IMG/VR virus record: IMGVR_UViG_3300044268_001983
Span: 1-32,144 of that record
Length of the DNA stretch: 32,144 bases
Direction: 5' to 3' (one strand)
Source: a virus
Taxonomy: Duplodnaviria > Caudoviricetes
Shown piece after piece: positions 18,720-28,144 of this stretch. Position numbers and translations under genes: made by a program. Each line of letters begins with the position of its first letter. Positions within the stretch are counted from its first letter, which is position 1. Under the pieces are notes generated by a model. It had not been told where the DNA came from. It saw only the letters and a list, made by a program, of their open reading frames with translations, and made no database searches.

Positions 18720-18898
18720 TAGTTCTTTTCACTGTTACTTAAAAACCAAGTAAATCTTTCTTGTTCTTCTTTCATCTGATTAATATAGGTTGTATTTAGT
18801 TGATTTTTAATTTGATTTAATGCTTGAACAATTTGTTGTTGATTATTAGCATCATAAACTGGTGTTGGATCAGGTATGTAAACATCTATCTTAGCCAT
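18719..18898 (-). CDS. Small coiled-coil tail protein (59 aa; needle/plug-like position)
   Basis: Manual: MAKIDVYIPDPTPVYDANNQQQIVQALNQIKNQLNTTYINQMKEEQERFTWFLSNSEKN*. TAATG-coupled on both sides. Confidence 0.75.
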   Translation of the reverse strand: MAKIDVYIPDPTPVYDANNQQQIVQALNQIKNQLNTTYINQMKEEQERFTWFLSNSEKN

Positions 18899-21045
18899 TA
18901 TCTTCTACCGTCTGGTTGTACATCTGCTCTAAAAGTTCCATATCTCCAAGTTTCACCGCTTGATGTATTTTCAATTTTTAATGCTGCAGCCCTTCCTCTT
19001 GCTCTTGTATCTACTTTTTGAGTTGAACTGTTAATAGAAAAAGGTCCTAAAGAAGATGAAGCTGCAGTATCGCTTGGAAAGTCTTTTAATAAAATTGTAA
19101 TTTGTGCATTCCCGTTTAATCTCTTAAAATCAGGAATAAATCTTCTTACCTTAGTGAAAAACTCACCATCTCCACCTTGATGTAATTGAAAGTCCCCAGA
19201 TTCTATAAAAGCTAAAATTGCAGTTGTTGTCCCATCTGCGACTTGGTCTGTACCAACTTCGTGAGCCCAGTAAGTTGTTGCGCCATTTGTATTTGATGCT
19301 CCTTGAACAGTTGGAAATGTATACGTTGCTGAGGCATCCCAAGATGTTTTGTATGGCTTTGAATATAATTGTGCATCGTTGGCGGTAGTTCGTGATAGTG
19401 AAGATGTGTACCAACATTTCTCACCATGATTCCATGTTACAGTTCTATCAACAACGTTTGAATTAGCAGATGGATAATACCAAGTCACTTCATCAAATAA
19501 ACAATTGTTACCACAATGTACGAGTTTACCTGAAGTATAATTTAAACCAAGATCACCTGGATTGTTTGTGGTGAACACAAAATCCTCTACTGGACAATCC
19601 ATCGATTGCACGGTTCCATTAAAATAATTAAATCCTCCAGAATCATCCATCCAATACACAATACCATCTTTAAATTGAATTGCATGAGGACCAATACATC
19701 CACAATTAGATCCAACTTTTCTTATACTAAATGTAAATGGAGCACCAACAAACTGCATCGTATAAGCTGCAGTATCAGTACAAATTAAAATATAATCTTT
19801 TGCACGTATGACTGCTCGTATTTCAGTTCCGTCATCAAGTCTAAATGTTCCTGCAGTATTAATAGAGGTAGGAGTGTAGTCAGAAGTGCTTTCTTGATCA
19901 GAAAATCTTATAAACATTTTATCCAAAGATCCTGTATCCCCTATAGTTGTTTCAGTTCCAAAATGTATAAAATGTCTATCTTGATCAGAAGTTAAACTCA
20001 TTAAAGTATTAGTGGGTGCTCCTGTCATTATAGTAGCTCTTGTCTGTAGAGCATTAGCTGTATTTTGAATAGGTTGCCAAATAAATGTTCTACCACTATA
20101 AATTGTTGCAGTTAATATTTGACCAAAATTATCTAGTTTCCAGTTCGCTGGCGCTAAAGTTACAGATGATGATAAAGATGCTTCGCCCCAAGTTAAAAAA
20201 ACTTCTATAGATGTATCATCCGCATGAGCTGCAGTTAAAGTTCCATTTACTGCTCTTGTAATACCAGTTAAAGATGTTGTAGTAATGCCTGTATAAGATA
20301 TTAATTCGTCATCAACTTTTATAACACCAGCTGAAGGAAAATTAGTTGTAGAGTCCACTGTGATTGTAGTACCAGAGCCTCCAGTACCATTACTATCGTT
20401 TAGTAATGCGCCATTAAGTAAAGTTGTTACACCAGTTGATCCTCCATATCCCCCAGTACCAAAACCGTAACCAAAAGTTTGGCCAATTGGTCCTGCTTTT
20501 ACATAACGATTAATTGTACATGATCCTGAAGATCCGCTGTTAGAGGCAGCTGTTGCCATGGTTACAGTAAATTGATTACCGCTTAATCGTGCGGTCACTT
20601 CGTATGTCGTGTTCTCAAAATCACCTGCAGTATATCCAGCTCCAGTAGGAGGTGTAACTGAAGTAAATGTAAATAAATCTCCTGCCTCTACGCTGTGTCC
20701 TGGAAGTGTAACAGTAACTGTTGTTGTACTATTTGTCGTAAATGAACCTCCTGTCTGCGCAGTTTCTAAAGGAGTTATGTCGTAGAAAGCAGATTCATAA
20801 TAAATAATTAACGCTTTATTTGTGCCTAAAGCAGCATAAATTCTTCCATCTAAGTCTGTATATTGATGTTGATCTCGAGTTACTCCAACAAGTGTATTAG
20901 ATGTGATTTTAGACCAGCCTCCCACCTTTTCAGGTAATCCATATCTAAAACGAACAAAATCACCATCTACATACTGACCTTCTGCTGCAGTATCGGTTAT
21001 TTGTTTGTTAAATCCTGGTCTTATATTAACTAAGTTTAAAGGCAT
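18898..21045 (-). CDS. Tail nozzle / head-stabilisation protein (P22 gp10 / tail tubular B-like)
   Basis: Start refined to ATG 21045 (MPLNLVNIRPG). VRFRYGLPEKVGGW, IRFSDQE, NCGCIG, EVTWYYPS, FIESGDF, RARGR...DVQPDGRR, with inserted Thr/Gly-rich beta domains. Confidence 0.75.
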   Translation of the reverse strand: MPLNLVNIRPGFNKQITDTAAEGQYVDGDFVRFRYGLPEKVGGWSKITSNTLVGVTRDQHQYTDLDGRIYAALGTNKALIIYYESAFYDITPLETAQTGGSFTTNSTTTVTVTLPGHSVEAGDLFTFTSVTPPTGAGYTAGDFENTTYEVTARLSGNQFTVTMATAASNSGSSGSCTINRYVKAGPIGQTFGYGFGTGGYGGSTGVTTLLNGALLNDSNGTGGSGTTITVDSTTNFPSAGVIKVDDELISYTGITTTSLTGITRAVNGTLTAAHADDTSIEVFLTWGEASLSSSVTLAPANWKLDNFGQILTATIYSGRTFIWQPIQNTANALQTRATIMTGAPTNTLMSLTSDQDRHFIHFGTETTIGDTGSLDKMFIRFSDQESTSDYTPTSINTAGTFRLDDGTEIRAVIRAKDYILICTDTAAYTMQFVGAPFTFSIRKVGSNCGCIGPHAIQFKDGIVYWMDDSGGFNYFNGTVQSMDCPVEDFVFTTNNPGDLGLNYTSGKLVHCGNNCLFDEVTWYYPSANSNVVDRTVTWNHGEKCWYTSSLSRTTANDAQLYSKPYKTSWDASATYTFPTVQGASNTNGATTYWAHEVGTDQVADGTTTAILAFIESGDFQLHQGGDGEFFTKVRRFIPDFKRLNGNAQITILLKDFPSDTAASSSLGPFSINSSTQKVDTRARGRAAALKIENTSSGETWRYGTFRADVQPDGRR

Positions 21046-21059
21046 AATCCTAATTATAA

Positions 21060-21094
21060 TAGTATTATACACTATTTAATAGTCTATAATACTA
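21060..21094. repeat. 35-bp imperfect palindrome
   Basis: TAGTATTATA-C-ACTATT-T-AATAGT-C-TATAATACTA: 16 of 17 arm positions pair. TATAAT is present on both strands. Confidence 0.8.
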
Positions 21095-21643
21095 ATAAAA
21101 TAAGACAATGTTCAAAGAGGCTCTTGCCTTATCTTTTTTAACCGTAATCCCTCTATGGATCCAACTGCTTTTGAAGACTTTTGCCTGACTCATTTTATCA
21201 GGGTAGAATTTATCTAATATTTCAGTACCTCCATCCGTTGTGTGAGGATTATATAAGATAGATATAAATCTATTTGAATCATGATCTCTATGCCCAATAC
21301 CTTGCTGGCCTTGAGTATAATAATTCCAATGAACTCTATATAGATTTGGTTGAGGCACATTTAATTTAAATAAAATCAAATTAGTTATTAATCTTGCATA
21401 TATAAAGAGAGGGTCTTCTGGATGACCTGGGTAATTATGATCAATAGAATCCATAGTGACATGAGCAAAACCTGTGTGTGCGGTATTGTTGTCAAAAGCT
21501 GCTAAAACTTTATCTGATTTATTGGATGTTTCATGTTGTATTCCCCAAGGTCTAGAAGAAAGTAATTTAAGAATTTCTAAATTTTCTTGAGGAGGTAAAA
21601 CATCATCAACTAAAATAGGTTGTTTGATTTCTAATAAATTCAT
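21092..21643 (-). CDS. 2OG-Fe(II) oxygenase
   Basis: HRD...GGT...HRG...RAS: facial triad plus the 2OG-binding R-x-S. Confidence 0.85.
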   Translation of the reverse strand: MNLLEIKQPILVDDVLPPQENLEILKLLSSRPWGIQHETSNKSDKVLAAFDNNTAHTGFAHVTMDSIDHNYPGHPEDPLFIYARLITNLILFKLNVPQPNLYRVHWNYYTQGQQGIGHRDHDSNRFISILYNPHTTDGGTEILDKFYPDKMSQAKVFKSSWIHRGITVKKDKARASLNIVLFY

Positions 21644-22242
21644 AAATTCACTAAACTATAATTTTTTTTAAAACCTACTGGGCCTTTTAAAAAATAATTA
21701 GCCCCTATAATAATTCTATCGCTTGAAACTTTGGATGTCTCATGTTTAAGCCAACCTGGAAAAATCACCATGTCACCTGTTCTAGCTTCTATGGTGTATT
21801 CTTTAGAATTAAATACATTGTAATTTTTAATAGCGTATTCAAAATTAAATCCTTTTTGTAAAGGATCTCTAAGATCGGTAATAATTAAATCACCTGAATT
21901 TGCTTTTAAATAATAAACTACGCTTATAAAAGCACCTGGATGCATGTGTGAATGATGGTTACCTTGTGAACGAGCAGCCCAAGAATTTACCCTATAAATA
22001 TCATTTTTTAAACTTAAAACATCAGTCATAAATTCTTTAGCTTTTTGATCTATTATATTGGCTAAATTTTTTAAATCAGAACTATCTAATAAATTTTCTT
22101 TTAAAGAAAAAACATTTGTTTTGTACCTACCCTCAAATTTAATTTTATATATTCCTAAAAAATATTCTTGTTGAGGCGGATGAATATTTTTTAAAATTTG
22201 AATAGGTAAGGCAAAAGCACTTATAACATTAGATGGGCTCAT
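21640..22242 (-). CDS. 2OG-Fe(II) oxygenase, TIGR02466-like
   Basis: NSW, H-x-H-P (HMHPGAFISVVYY), GDMVIFPGWLKH, RIIIGAN. Start refined to ATG 22242. Confidence 0.85.
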   Translation of the reverse strand: MSPSNVISAFALPIQILKNIHPPQQEYFLGIYKIKFEGRYKTNVFSLKENLLDSSDLKNLANIIDQKAKEFMTDVLSLKNDIYRVNSWAARSQGNHHSHMHPGAFISVVYYLKANSGDLIITDLRDPLQKGFNFEYAIKNYNVFNSKEYTIEARTGDMVIFPGWLKHETSKVSSDRIIIGANYFLKGPVGFKKNYSLVNL

Positions 22243-22438
22243 GTGGATTAGATTGCATTTTTTGTACATCTTCATCTAATTGATCATTCAAATTAAATAA
22301 AGCAGTCATCCAAGCGTTCATTGATTTTTTTAAATCAACTTGTGAATAAACTATTTTACCAAAAAATAAAATTTTTAATCTTTCTTTTAAATTAAATCGA
22401 TATACCCCGTTTTTATTTTTATCTACATAAATTATCAT
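22229..22438 (-). CDS. Hypothetical protein
   Basis: ATGA-coupled within the oxygenase cassette. Confidence 0.7.
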   Translation of the reverse strand: MIIYVDKNKNGVYRFNLKERLKILFFGKIVYSQVDLKKSMNAWMTALFNLNDQLDEDVQKMQSNPHEPI

Positions 22439-22986
22439 ATTTCTTTTCTACCATAAAAACTTTTTCTATCAAATTTAAAATCCTTGTGAGGCCCGTCTTG
22501 TCTTACATAGTGTAAAAATACTTGCGTATGCCAATCTCCTTCAAATTCTTCTCTCCAGTGTTCTAATTCATGCCCTAAATATATTACAGCATCTCCTGGA
22601 TTTAAATCTATTGGTTCACCTTCCATATAGATTGGCCATTTTGTTCCATCGGATCCAATCATCACAGTTACACTAATTTCACAAGAGGGTCTGTCCTTAT
22701 GTGCTCTTAAGTCAGACAAATAAGTATATGTTCTCCAAAACGAATAAGATGGATGAAGAGATAACCCTGTTTCTTTTTCCATCAAATCAATTTTTTTACA
22801 TAATAATGTTTCTGCAAGAGGATCAACATAGTAATAAGTATCGCAAGTATCAGTTTGATGGTAATCAAAATTTTTTAGATTATTTTTATGTCTTATATCA
22901 GAATAAATTTGAAAAAGTAAAACCTCTTCTTCACTTAAAAAGTTTTCAATTTTTTTATATTTAAAATCTTTTCCTAAGCGAACCAT
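22435..22986 (-). CDS. 2OG-Fe(II) oxygenase (HKDRPSCEISVT type)
   Basis: HKD...PGDAVIY.G...HWRE...QVFLHY. Confidence 0.85.
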   Translation of the reverse strand: MVRLGKDFKYKKIENFLSEEEVLLFQIYSDIRHKNNLKNFDYHQTDTCDTYYYVDPLAETLLCKKIDLMEKETGLSLHPSYSFWRTYTYLSDLRAHKDRPSCEISVTVMIGSDGTKWPIYMEGEPIDLNPGDAVIYLGHELEHWREEFEGDWHTQVFLHYVRQDGPHKDFKFDRKSFYGRKEI

Positions 22987-23546
22987 GCCACTATTGTATA
23001 CCTCACTCCTCTTGTTACAGGTCTAACATTATGTGGAAACATAAAATTACTTGGAAATATTGTACATCGACCAGATTTTGGCTGAATAGTTTTTGTAGTG
23101 CCTCCATATGGATCATTAACACATAGTTCACCACCATCAAAATCATCATTGAGCATAAGTAAACATGTCAGAGCCCTATTATTTACCGCTGAAGCGTCTA
23201 TATGATCAACATAAAAATCATTATCTCTATAAGTTAAATATTGCATGTCTATGATATCAAAGCCTAAACTTAATTCTTCTTTGAAAGGTTTTAAATAAAG
23301 TTTACTAACTAAATTTACAAAATGATGTACAAAAAAATTATTCCAATGAACTTCAGTTTTTGTTTTCCAATCTCTACCACTAGTATGGTGCACTGAAACT
23401 TTTCTTATCTCAGGTTTTTTCTCATTACAACCACCTACCAAACCATCTTCCTCTATAAAAAATTTATCCTTTACTCTTAAAAATTTTTTACAAGTTGGAA
23501 CAGAAAGGACATTATCAAACGTTTTTACAAATTTATTTATTTCCAT
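22974..23546 (-). CDS. 2OG-Fe(II) oxygenase, prolyl-4-hydroxylase-like
   Basis: HID, LNDDFDGGEL, FPSNFMFPH.VRPVTRGVRY.IVAW. Confidence 0.88.
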   Translation of the reverse strand: MEINKFVKTFDNVLSVPTCKKFLRVKDKFFIEEDGLVGGCNEKKPEIRKVSVHHTSGRDWKTKTEVHWNNFFVHHFVNLVSKLYLKPFKEELSLGFDIIDMQYLTYRDNDFYVDHIDASAVNNRALTCLLMLNDDFDGGELCVNDPYGGTTKTIQPKSGRCTIFPSNFMFPHNVRPVTRGVRYTIVAWFA

Positions 23547-24301
23547 GATTTTTTACTCCAAAAAAAATTCTTATATCTATTAATTATTTTTCCTGCGGCT
23601 CTAAACAAATAAATTTTACTTTTTACTTTATCAACTTGTTTTATAAAATCTGTTTTCATTCTCCAATTATCTCTTTTAAAAGGTATTATCTGAACATAAG
23701 GTGTACCTTTTTTTAAATCAGTTTCAAGTGTTTTATATTTATCTCCATTTACAATACATGGAAAATTTATATATGCAGGAAATGTATCGGTATCTACAAT
23801 ACCTGGTATTATTGAAAACCTATCATCAGAATTATTTAGTGGTGGAACAAATAAACATGAATATCCTGGGGGAGTTTTTATTTTCCACGGATTTAATATT
23901 TTAAAAAATGGACAATTATTATTTTTTTTAACTAACGGTGAGCCCTCTACTTGTTTCGGTGGATGTGCCTCTGCTTTCATGTTTAAATTACACTCGCTTA
24001 GGAGGTAATCTTCAATATAAGAATGATGTGCATGCGAAGGAACTAAAGCAATTTGGTTTTCTTCCCCTGTTTCAGGGTTGGTGGTATTATGAAAAAGTTT
24101 AAAATCTTGAGGCAAAGATAAAACATACCCCGTTGTTAAAGAATCCATAAAAGGAATACATCCTTTAATAGTTTCATCTCCTACAGTATGTTTAAGATTT
24201 TTATACCATTCAGGTATGTTAAGTTTTATAGGTTTTGGATATACCGATTTATCTGAAATAATTAATTTATGCGCACTAAACTCTATCTCTTTATCAAACA
24301 T
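23537..24301 (-). CDS. DUF6065-like protein (probable dUTPase-like beta fold)
   Basis: PEWYK, TIKGCIPFMD...GY, NPW.IKTPPGYSCLF, PGIVDTD, KGTPYVQIIPFKR. Family assignment is from memory. Confidence 0.6.
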   Translation of the reverse strand: MFDKEIEFSAHKLIISDKSVYPKPIKLNIPEWYKNLKHTVGDETIKGCIPFMDSLTTGYVLSLPQDFKLFHNTTNPETGEENQIALVPSHAHHSYIEDYLLSECNLNMKAEAHPPKQVEGSPLVKKNNNCPFFKILNPWKIKTPPGYSCLFVPPLNNSDDRFSIIPGIVDTDTFPAYINFPCIVNGDKYKTLETDLKKGTPYVQIIPFKRDNWRMKTDFIKQVDKVKSKIYLFRAAGKIINRYKNFFWSKKSWK

Positions 24302-24328
24302 GAATTTTTGTATAACAGAGAAATTAAT

Positions 24329-24769
24329 TTAGTAAAGCATCCAAGGATGAATGATTTCAAGATCAGAGTTTTCGTCTTTCATATACTTATTAACAGTTTT
24401 TGCTAATGGAAAAGTTATAGAAGATACATCTACATTACCCAAAGCTGTTAGATAAGTATTTGCTCTTGTTGCTAAATCATTATCAAAAGCATTTTTAAAA
24501 GACATAAGTCTGTTTTCAATTTTTTCTTTTTGATCTTTGAAATCTTCTTCAGATAAACTTACTGCATCTACATCGTTTATAGTCGCAGTCGTGCCACTGT
24601 AAGTAGAAGTGTCTTTTACATCTGTGATTAAGTCTTGAAAAACAGAGTCTGTAACTGTAATAGCGACTTCATTTGAATCAGCTGGTCTTAAGGCTAAGTC
24701 TGTATCATCTTTAACAAACCTTACACAAGACGACCCTGTTATATCTGTTCTATAAATTACGTATGCCAT
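24329..24769 (-). CDS. Hypothetical protein, possible tail-fibre assembly/chaperone
   Basis: Immediately downstream of the fibre gene. Confidence 0.6.
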   Translation of the reverse strand: MAYVIYRTDITGSSCVRFVKDDTDLALRPADSNEVAITVTDSVFQDLITDVKDTSTYSGTTATINDVDAVSLSEEDFKDQKEKIENRLMSFKNAFDNDLATRANTYLTALGNVDVSSITFPLAKTVNKYMKDENSDLEIIHPWMLY

Positions 24770-24771
24770 TA

Positions 24772-26019
24772 TTAACCTGATCCTGTGTTTTCATAAATGT
24801 TTAATATACCAGGGTTTCCTGGGTCAGGACCCCCACTTGCAAAACCAAATCTTCCAGTAAATGGATTTGGTTGGTTATTTGTACCTAAATTGTTTCTCGC
24901 CAGTCCTTGATAAGTTCCTAAATCTACAGTCGCTCCAGGTGCGTTTCCAGGGGTTCCTGTAATACTACTATTGTTTGTGTTAGGACCTCCACCACCACCG
25001 TTAACTGTTCCAACATCTGTTATGCTTGTATTTCCACCAGCAGATCCAGCTCTTCCTGGATTTCCCCCAGCAGATCCTGGTGCTCCTATTGCGTATGATT
25101 TTGCAAATGGTGCTGAGATTGCAGTAGTATAAAAACCTGCTCCACCATATCCACCACTAATTGTAATAGCTGTTGGACCAGTTCCTCCACCTCCACCACC
25201 TGCAACCATGTAAACACCAATTTGTGTTGCTGCTGCATTTGCAGTGTAAGTTCCAGAAGCAGGACCTTTAGCAGAAAAAGCTAAATTGTATCCACCTGCA
25301 CCTGCAGAACCTGATGATGCTGCAGTAAGTCTTCCTTGTTGGTCGACTGTAATTGAAGCTGAAGTATAGCTTCCTGGAGTTACCGCTGTATCAGATAATT
25401 TATCTGGAGTTACAGAGTCATTTGCAATTTTTGCAGTTGTGATTTGTAAATCAGAAACTTTTGCAGTTGTAATTTGGTTGTCTGAAATTTTTGCTGTAGT
25501 TACTTGGTTATCAGAAATTTTTGCAGTTATAATTTGATTATCTGAAATTTTTGCTGTTGTTACAGCATTATCTGCAATTTGAGCGGTTGCAATTGTTCCA
25601 CCTAAAGTATCTAGAGCAATTTCATTTAAATTTGTTCCATCAGAATAAGCGGCTACGATTTTAGCTTCTCCAGCTGTAAAACCAGTTCCTGAAACTGTTT
25701 TAATCGTTAAGTTTGTAACACCAGTTACTGCTGATAAATCAAAGATGTAAAATTTTTCAATAGAATTTGGAATAGTTACATTCGAAGCTGAAGTTAAAGT
25801 TCCAGTAAATTTAATTACCATGTTTCTTGCATTTGAGATTGTTTTATCTGTCATTGCAAGAGCTACAGTTCCACCATCTGAAAGTGCTACTGCTTCATAA
25901 CCTGCGATTGCTTGTTGAATAAGATTTAAATTGTTATTTGTATTATCACCCCATGTACCAGCGTTTTCGCCAGTAGCCATTAATTCTAGTTTTAGATCTG
26001 ATGAAAATGTCGATGCCAT
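24772..26019 (-). CDS. Tail fibre protein
   Basis: N-terminal LELMATGENAGTWG attachment domain, 10-aa repeats, ASITVDQQGRLTAAS and a Gly-rich C-terminal domain. Confidence 0.8.
   Translation of the reverse strand: MASTFSSDLKLELMATGENAGTWGDNTNNNLNLIQQAIAGYEAVALSDGGTVALAMTDKTISNARNMVIKFTGTLTSASNVTIPNSIEKFYIFDLSAVTGVTNLTIKTVSGTGFTAGEAKIVAAYSDGTNLNEIALDTLGGTIATAQIADNAVTTAKISDNQIITAKISDNQVTTAKISDNQITTAKVSDLQITTAKIANDSVTPDKLSDTAVTPGSYTSASITVDQQGRLTAASSGSAGAGGYNLAFSAKGPASGTYTANAAATQIGVYMVAGGGGGGTGPTAITISGGYGGAGFYTTAISAPFAKSYAIGAPGSAGGNPGRAGSAGGNTSITDVGTVNGGGGGPNTNNSSITGTPGNAPGATVDLGTYQGLARNNLGTNNQPNPFTGRFGFASGGPDPGNPGILNIYENTGSG
25384..25593 (-). repeat. Seven 30-bp (10-aa) tandem repeats in the tail fibre
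   Basis: IATAQIADNA VTTAKISDNQ IITAKISDNQ VTTAKISDNQ ITTAKVSDLQ ITTAKIANDS VTPDKLSDTA. Confidence 0.9.
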
Positions 26020-26055
26020 AAATATATTTTAACTCCTTAAATAATTTTAACTCTA

Positions 26056-27015
26056 TTAAGCTGCTAGGTCAACCTCAGACCATGTTACTGGTGTTCCTGT
26101 GTCAACTTCAGCCCACGCAATGATATTAGGCGAAATTGTTGATATAGTCAATGTCACACCTGTAGGATTAACAACTGCTTGTCCAATAACGGTTACAGAA
26201 CCTATAGAAGTTGTCGCTTCTAATCCTGTGGCATCATAAACAGATACTGGGATAATATCTCCTACGGCACTTGTAGCACCTATACCTGTTAATGAAATAT
26301 TTGCATTTCCAATTTGATCACTATTACCTAAATTTGCCGTTAATTGAATACCTGTTACGTCAACTTCTTGTTTCGGTGCAGCTTCTACTGAACCTATTGA
26401 TACGGTTGCTGATATACCTGAGAGTTCAATTAAAGCATCTCCTGTAATTACGGGTGATCCTAAGGAACCTGTAAGTAAGAAACTATGTGCAATTTCATTA
26501 TCTGAGTTTGCTGAAGTTCCAACTGCAGTAATTGCTGATTGTAATTCTTGTCCTGAAACTGCTACGGTTACATCTGTAAACGCATCTTCATTACCAATTG
26601 TAGCTGTTAAACCAATACCGTTTGCTAATACTGAATAATTATCTCCCCAAACAAAACTACCCCAAACTTCTCTTCCCCATCCTGCACCCACTAAGAAGTT
26701 TTCATCTATGCTTACAGTACCTATGGATGAAGTTGTAGATATACCAGATTGTTCTATTCCAATTTCTGATACAGCTTGCCCAGTTGATGAAGTTGCTTCA
26801 ATACCTGTAACAGGTAAATTTAAAGAAATATCTTGTGTTACTTGACCAGGTGAAGATGTTGCTAATAAAGATGATGCAGTAACATTTGCATCTGCTTCTG
26901 TGGTTGAAGAACCTATTGATGATGTTGCGACAATGGATGAGACAACTACGGTTTCATCGGCTAGGTCTCCCCATTCCGATGCACCCCAAGTTTTATTGCC
27001 CCATCCAGTTGCCAT
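26056..27015 (-). CDS. Ser/Thr/Val-rich repetitive structural protein
   Basis: Two GWG..WG...WGD blocks and ~20-aa (V/L)TG..AT.S.G repeats. Confidence 0.7.
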   Translation of the reverse strand: MATGWGNKTWGASEWGDLADETVVVSSIVATSSIGSSTTEADANVTASSLLATSSPGQVTQDISLNLPVTGIEATSSTGQAVSEIGIEQSGISTTSSIGTVSIDENFLVGAGWGREVWGSFVWGDNYSVLANGIGLTATIGNEDAFTDVTVAVSGQELQSAITAVGTSANSDNEIAHSFLLTGSLGSPVITGDALIELSGISATVSIGSVEAAPKQEVDVTGIQLTANLGNSDQIGNANISLTGIGATSAVGDIIPVSVYDATGLEATTSIGSVTVIGQAVVNPTGVTLTISTISPNIIAWAEVDTGTPVTWSEVDLAA

Positions 27016-27023
27016 TATTCATA

Positions 27024-27467
27024 TTACGCTATTCTAATAATTGCTTGTGTGTCGTTTGCGTTAGGGAACTGAATTGTAAAAGTTCCTGCTGTAGCTGTTT
27101 TATCGCCACCGAAGTCTAATACCGCAACTGCTTTATTAGAGTTTGAAGTATTATAAATCAAAGCTCCTCTTGCAGTTAAGGTTACTCCAGTAAATGATAA
27201 GTCACTAAAATCAACGAATGCTGTGCCGCCGTTATTTGACACTAATGCATTAACAAGTGCACCGCCACCTTGTGCGTATTGACCTGTGTTTGATACTTGT
27301 CCGCCTGTGCTATCTCCAGGATAAGCAGTTGTATCTGCACCGATAGTTGCACTGTTTGTATATAGTGCTAATTTAAATACATCACCAGATGTTGGTGTAA
27401 AATCATGCACACCTTCAAGAATCTCTTCTTTAAATGTGTTGCATATTGCGTTTGTTGTAATTGCCAT
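27024..27467 (-). CDS. Virion structural protein
   Basis: FKEEILEG.HDF, FKLALYT, TARGALIYN, VLDFGGDKT...FTIQFP. AAGGAG SD. Confidence 0.7.
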   Translation of the reverse strand: MAITTNAICNTFKEEILEGVHDFTPTSGDVFKLALYTNSATIGADTTAYPGDSTGGQVSNTGQYAQGGGALVNALVSNNGGTAFVDFSDLSFTGVTLTARGALIYNTSNSNKAVAVLDFGGDKTATAGTFTIQFPNANDTQAIIRIA

Positions 27468-27490
27468 TTTAAATCTCCTTTATTATTAAA

Positions 27491-28144
27491 TTATGGCGAT
27501 GGTGAAGGAACCTTAACTCTAGGCACTCCATCATCATATTCTCCTCTACGTCTTCTACCCATCTGTTGAAGAGCAAAAGCTTGTACACTTGTATCATACT
27601 TGCTTTTGTATAAGTTGTACATATCCTGCGGGCCTTTGAGGTAAGAGAATGCTTGTTCTAAAACGCCATATAACAACAATCCATCTTGATAAGTTGATAT
27701 ATAAGTAGTGTTTGAAGATGTAAAATGAGGTGGATCAATAATGTAATTTAGTTGTACTTGATAAGTACTATCTGGAGTAGGTGCAACAACAGCATTGAAA
27801 TCATCCCACATTGCATAATATTTAGGTAATCCCGTTGCTCCACTATTATTAAATTCTGATATAAAACTTGTATCTCTTTTTTCTAAAAATACCCTGTCAC
27901 CAGATCCATCGAAAACTTGAATAGATCTTACAATAACTTGATCTGCTGGTAATGAAAGATATCTTTGACTTGTAATAAAATTAGCCGTAGCATATTTTCT
28001 TAAATCGTCATAATCTACTTTACCTGCAACATCTAATTCGGTTTGTCTTATAAATTGATCTAACAACGAGTCCGTTAAAACATTTGAATCAACTTCTGTA
28101 TAGTTTCTTACTTGAGTTAAAAAATCTGAGTAACTAATTGCCAT
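27491..28144 (-). CDS. Head-tail adaptor / tail tubular A-like protein
   Basis: G.PKYYA, VAPTPD..Y...LNY, LLLYG.L.QA..YLK. Confidence 0.7.
   Translation of the reverse strand: MAISYSDFLTQVRNYTEVDSNVLTDSLLDQFIRQTELDVAGKVDYDDLRKYATANFITSQRYLSLPADQVIVRSIQVFDGSGDRVFLEKRDTSFISEFNNSGATGLPKYYAMWDDFNAVVAPTPDSTYQVQLNYIIDPPHFTSSNTTYISTYQDGLLLYGVLEQAFSYLKGPQDMYNLYKSKYDTSVQAFALQQMGRRRRGEYDDGVPRVKVPSPSP

Noticed and set aside
25384-25593. 30-bp periodicity as a CRISPR array
   Set aside because: These are contiguous in-frame coding repeats with no unique spacers and no cas genes.
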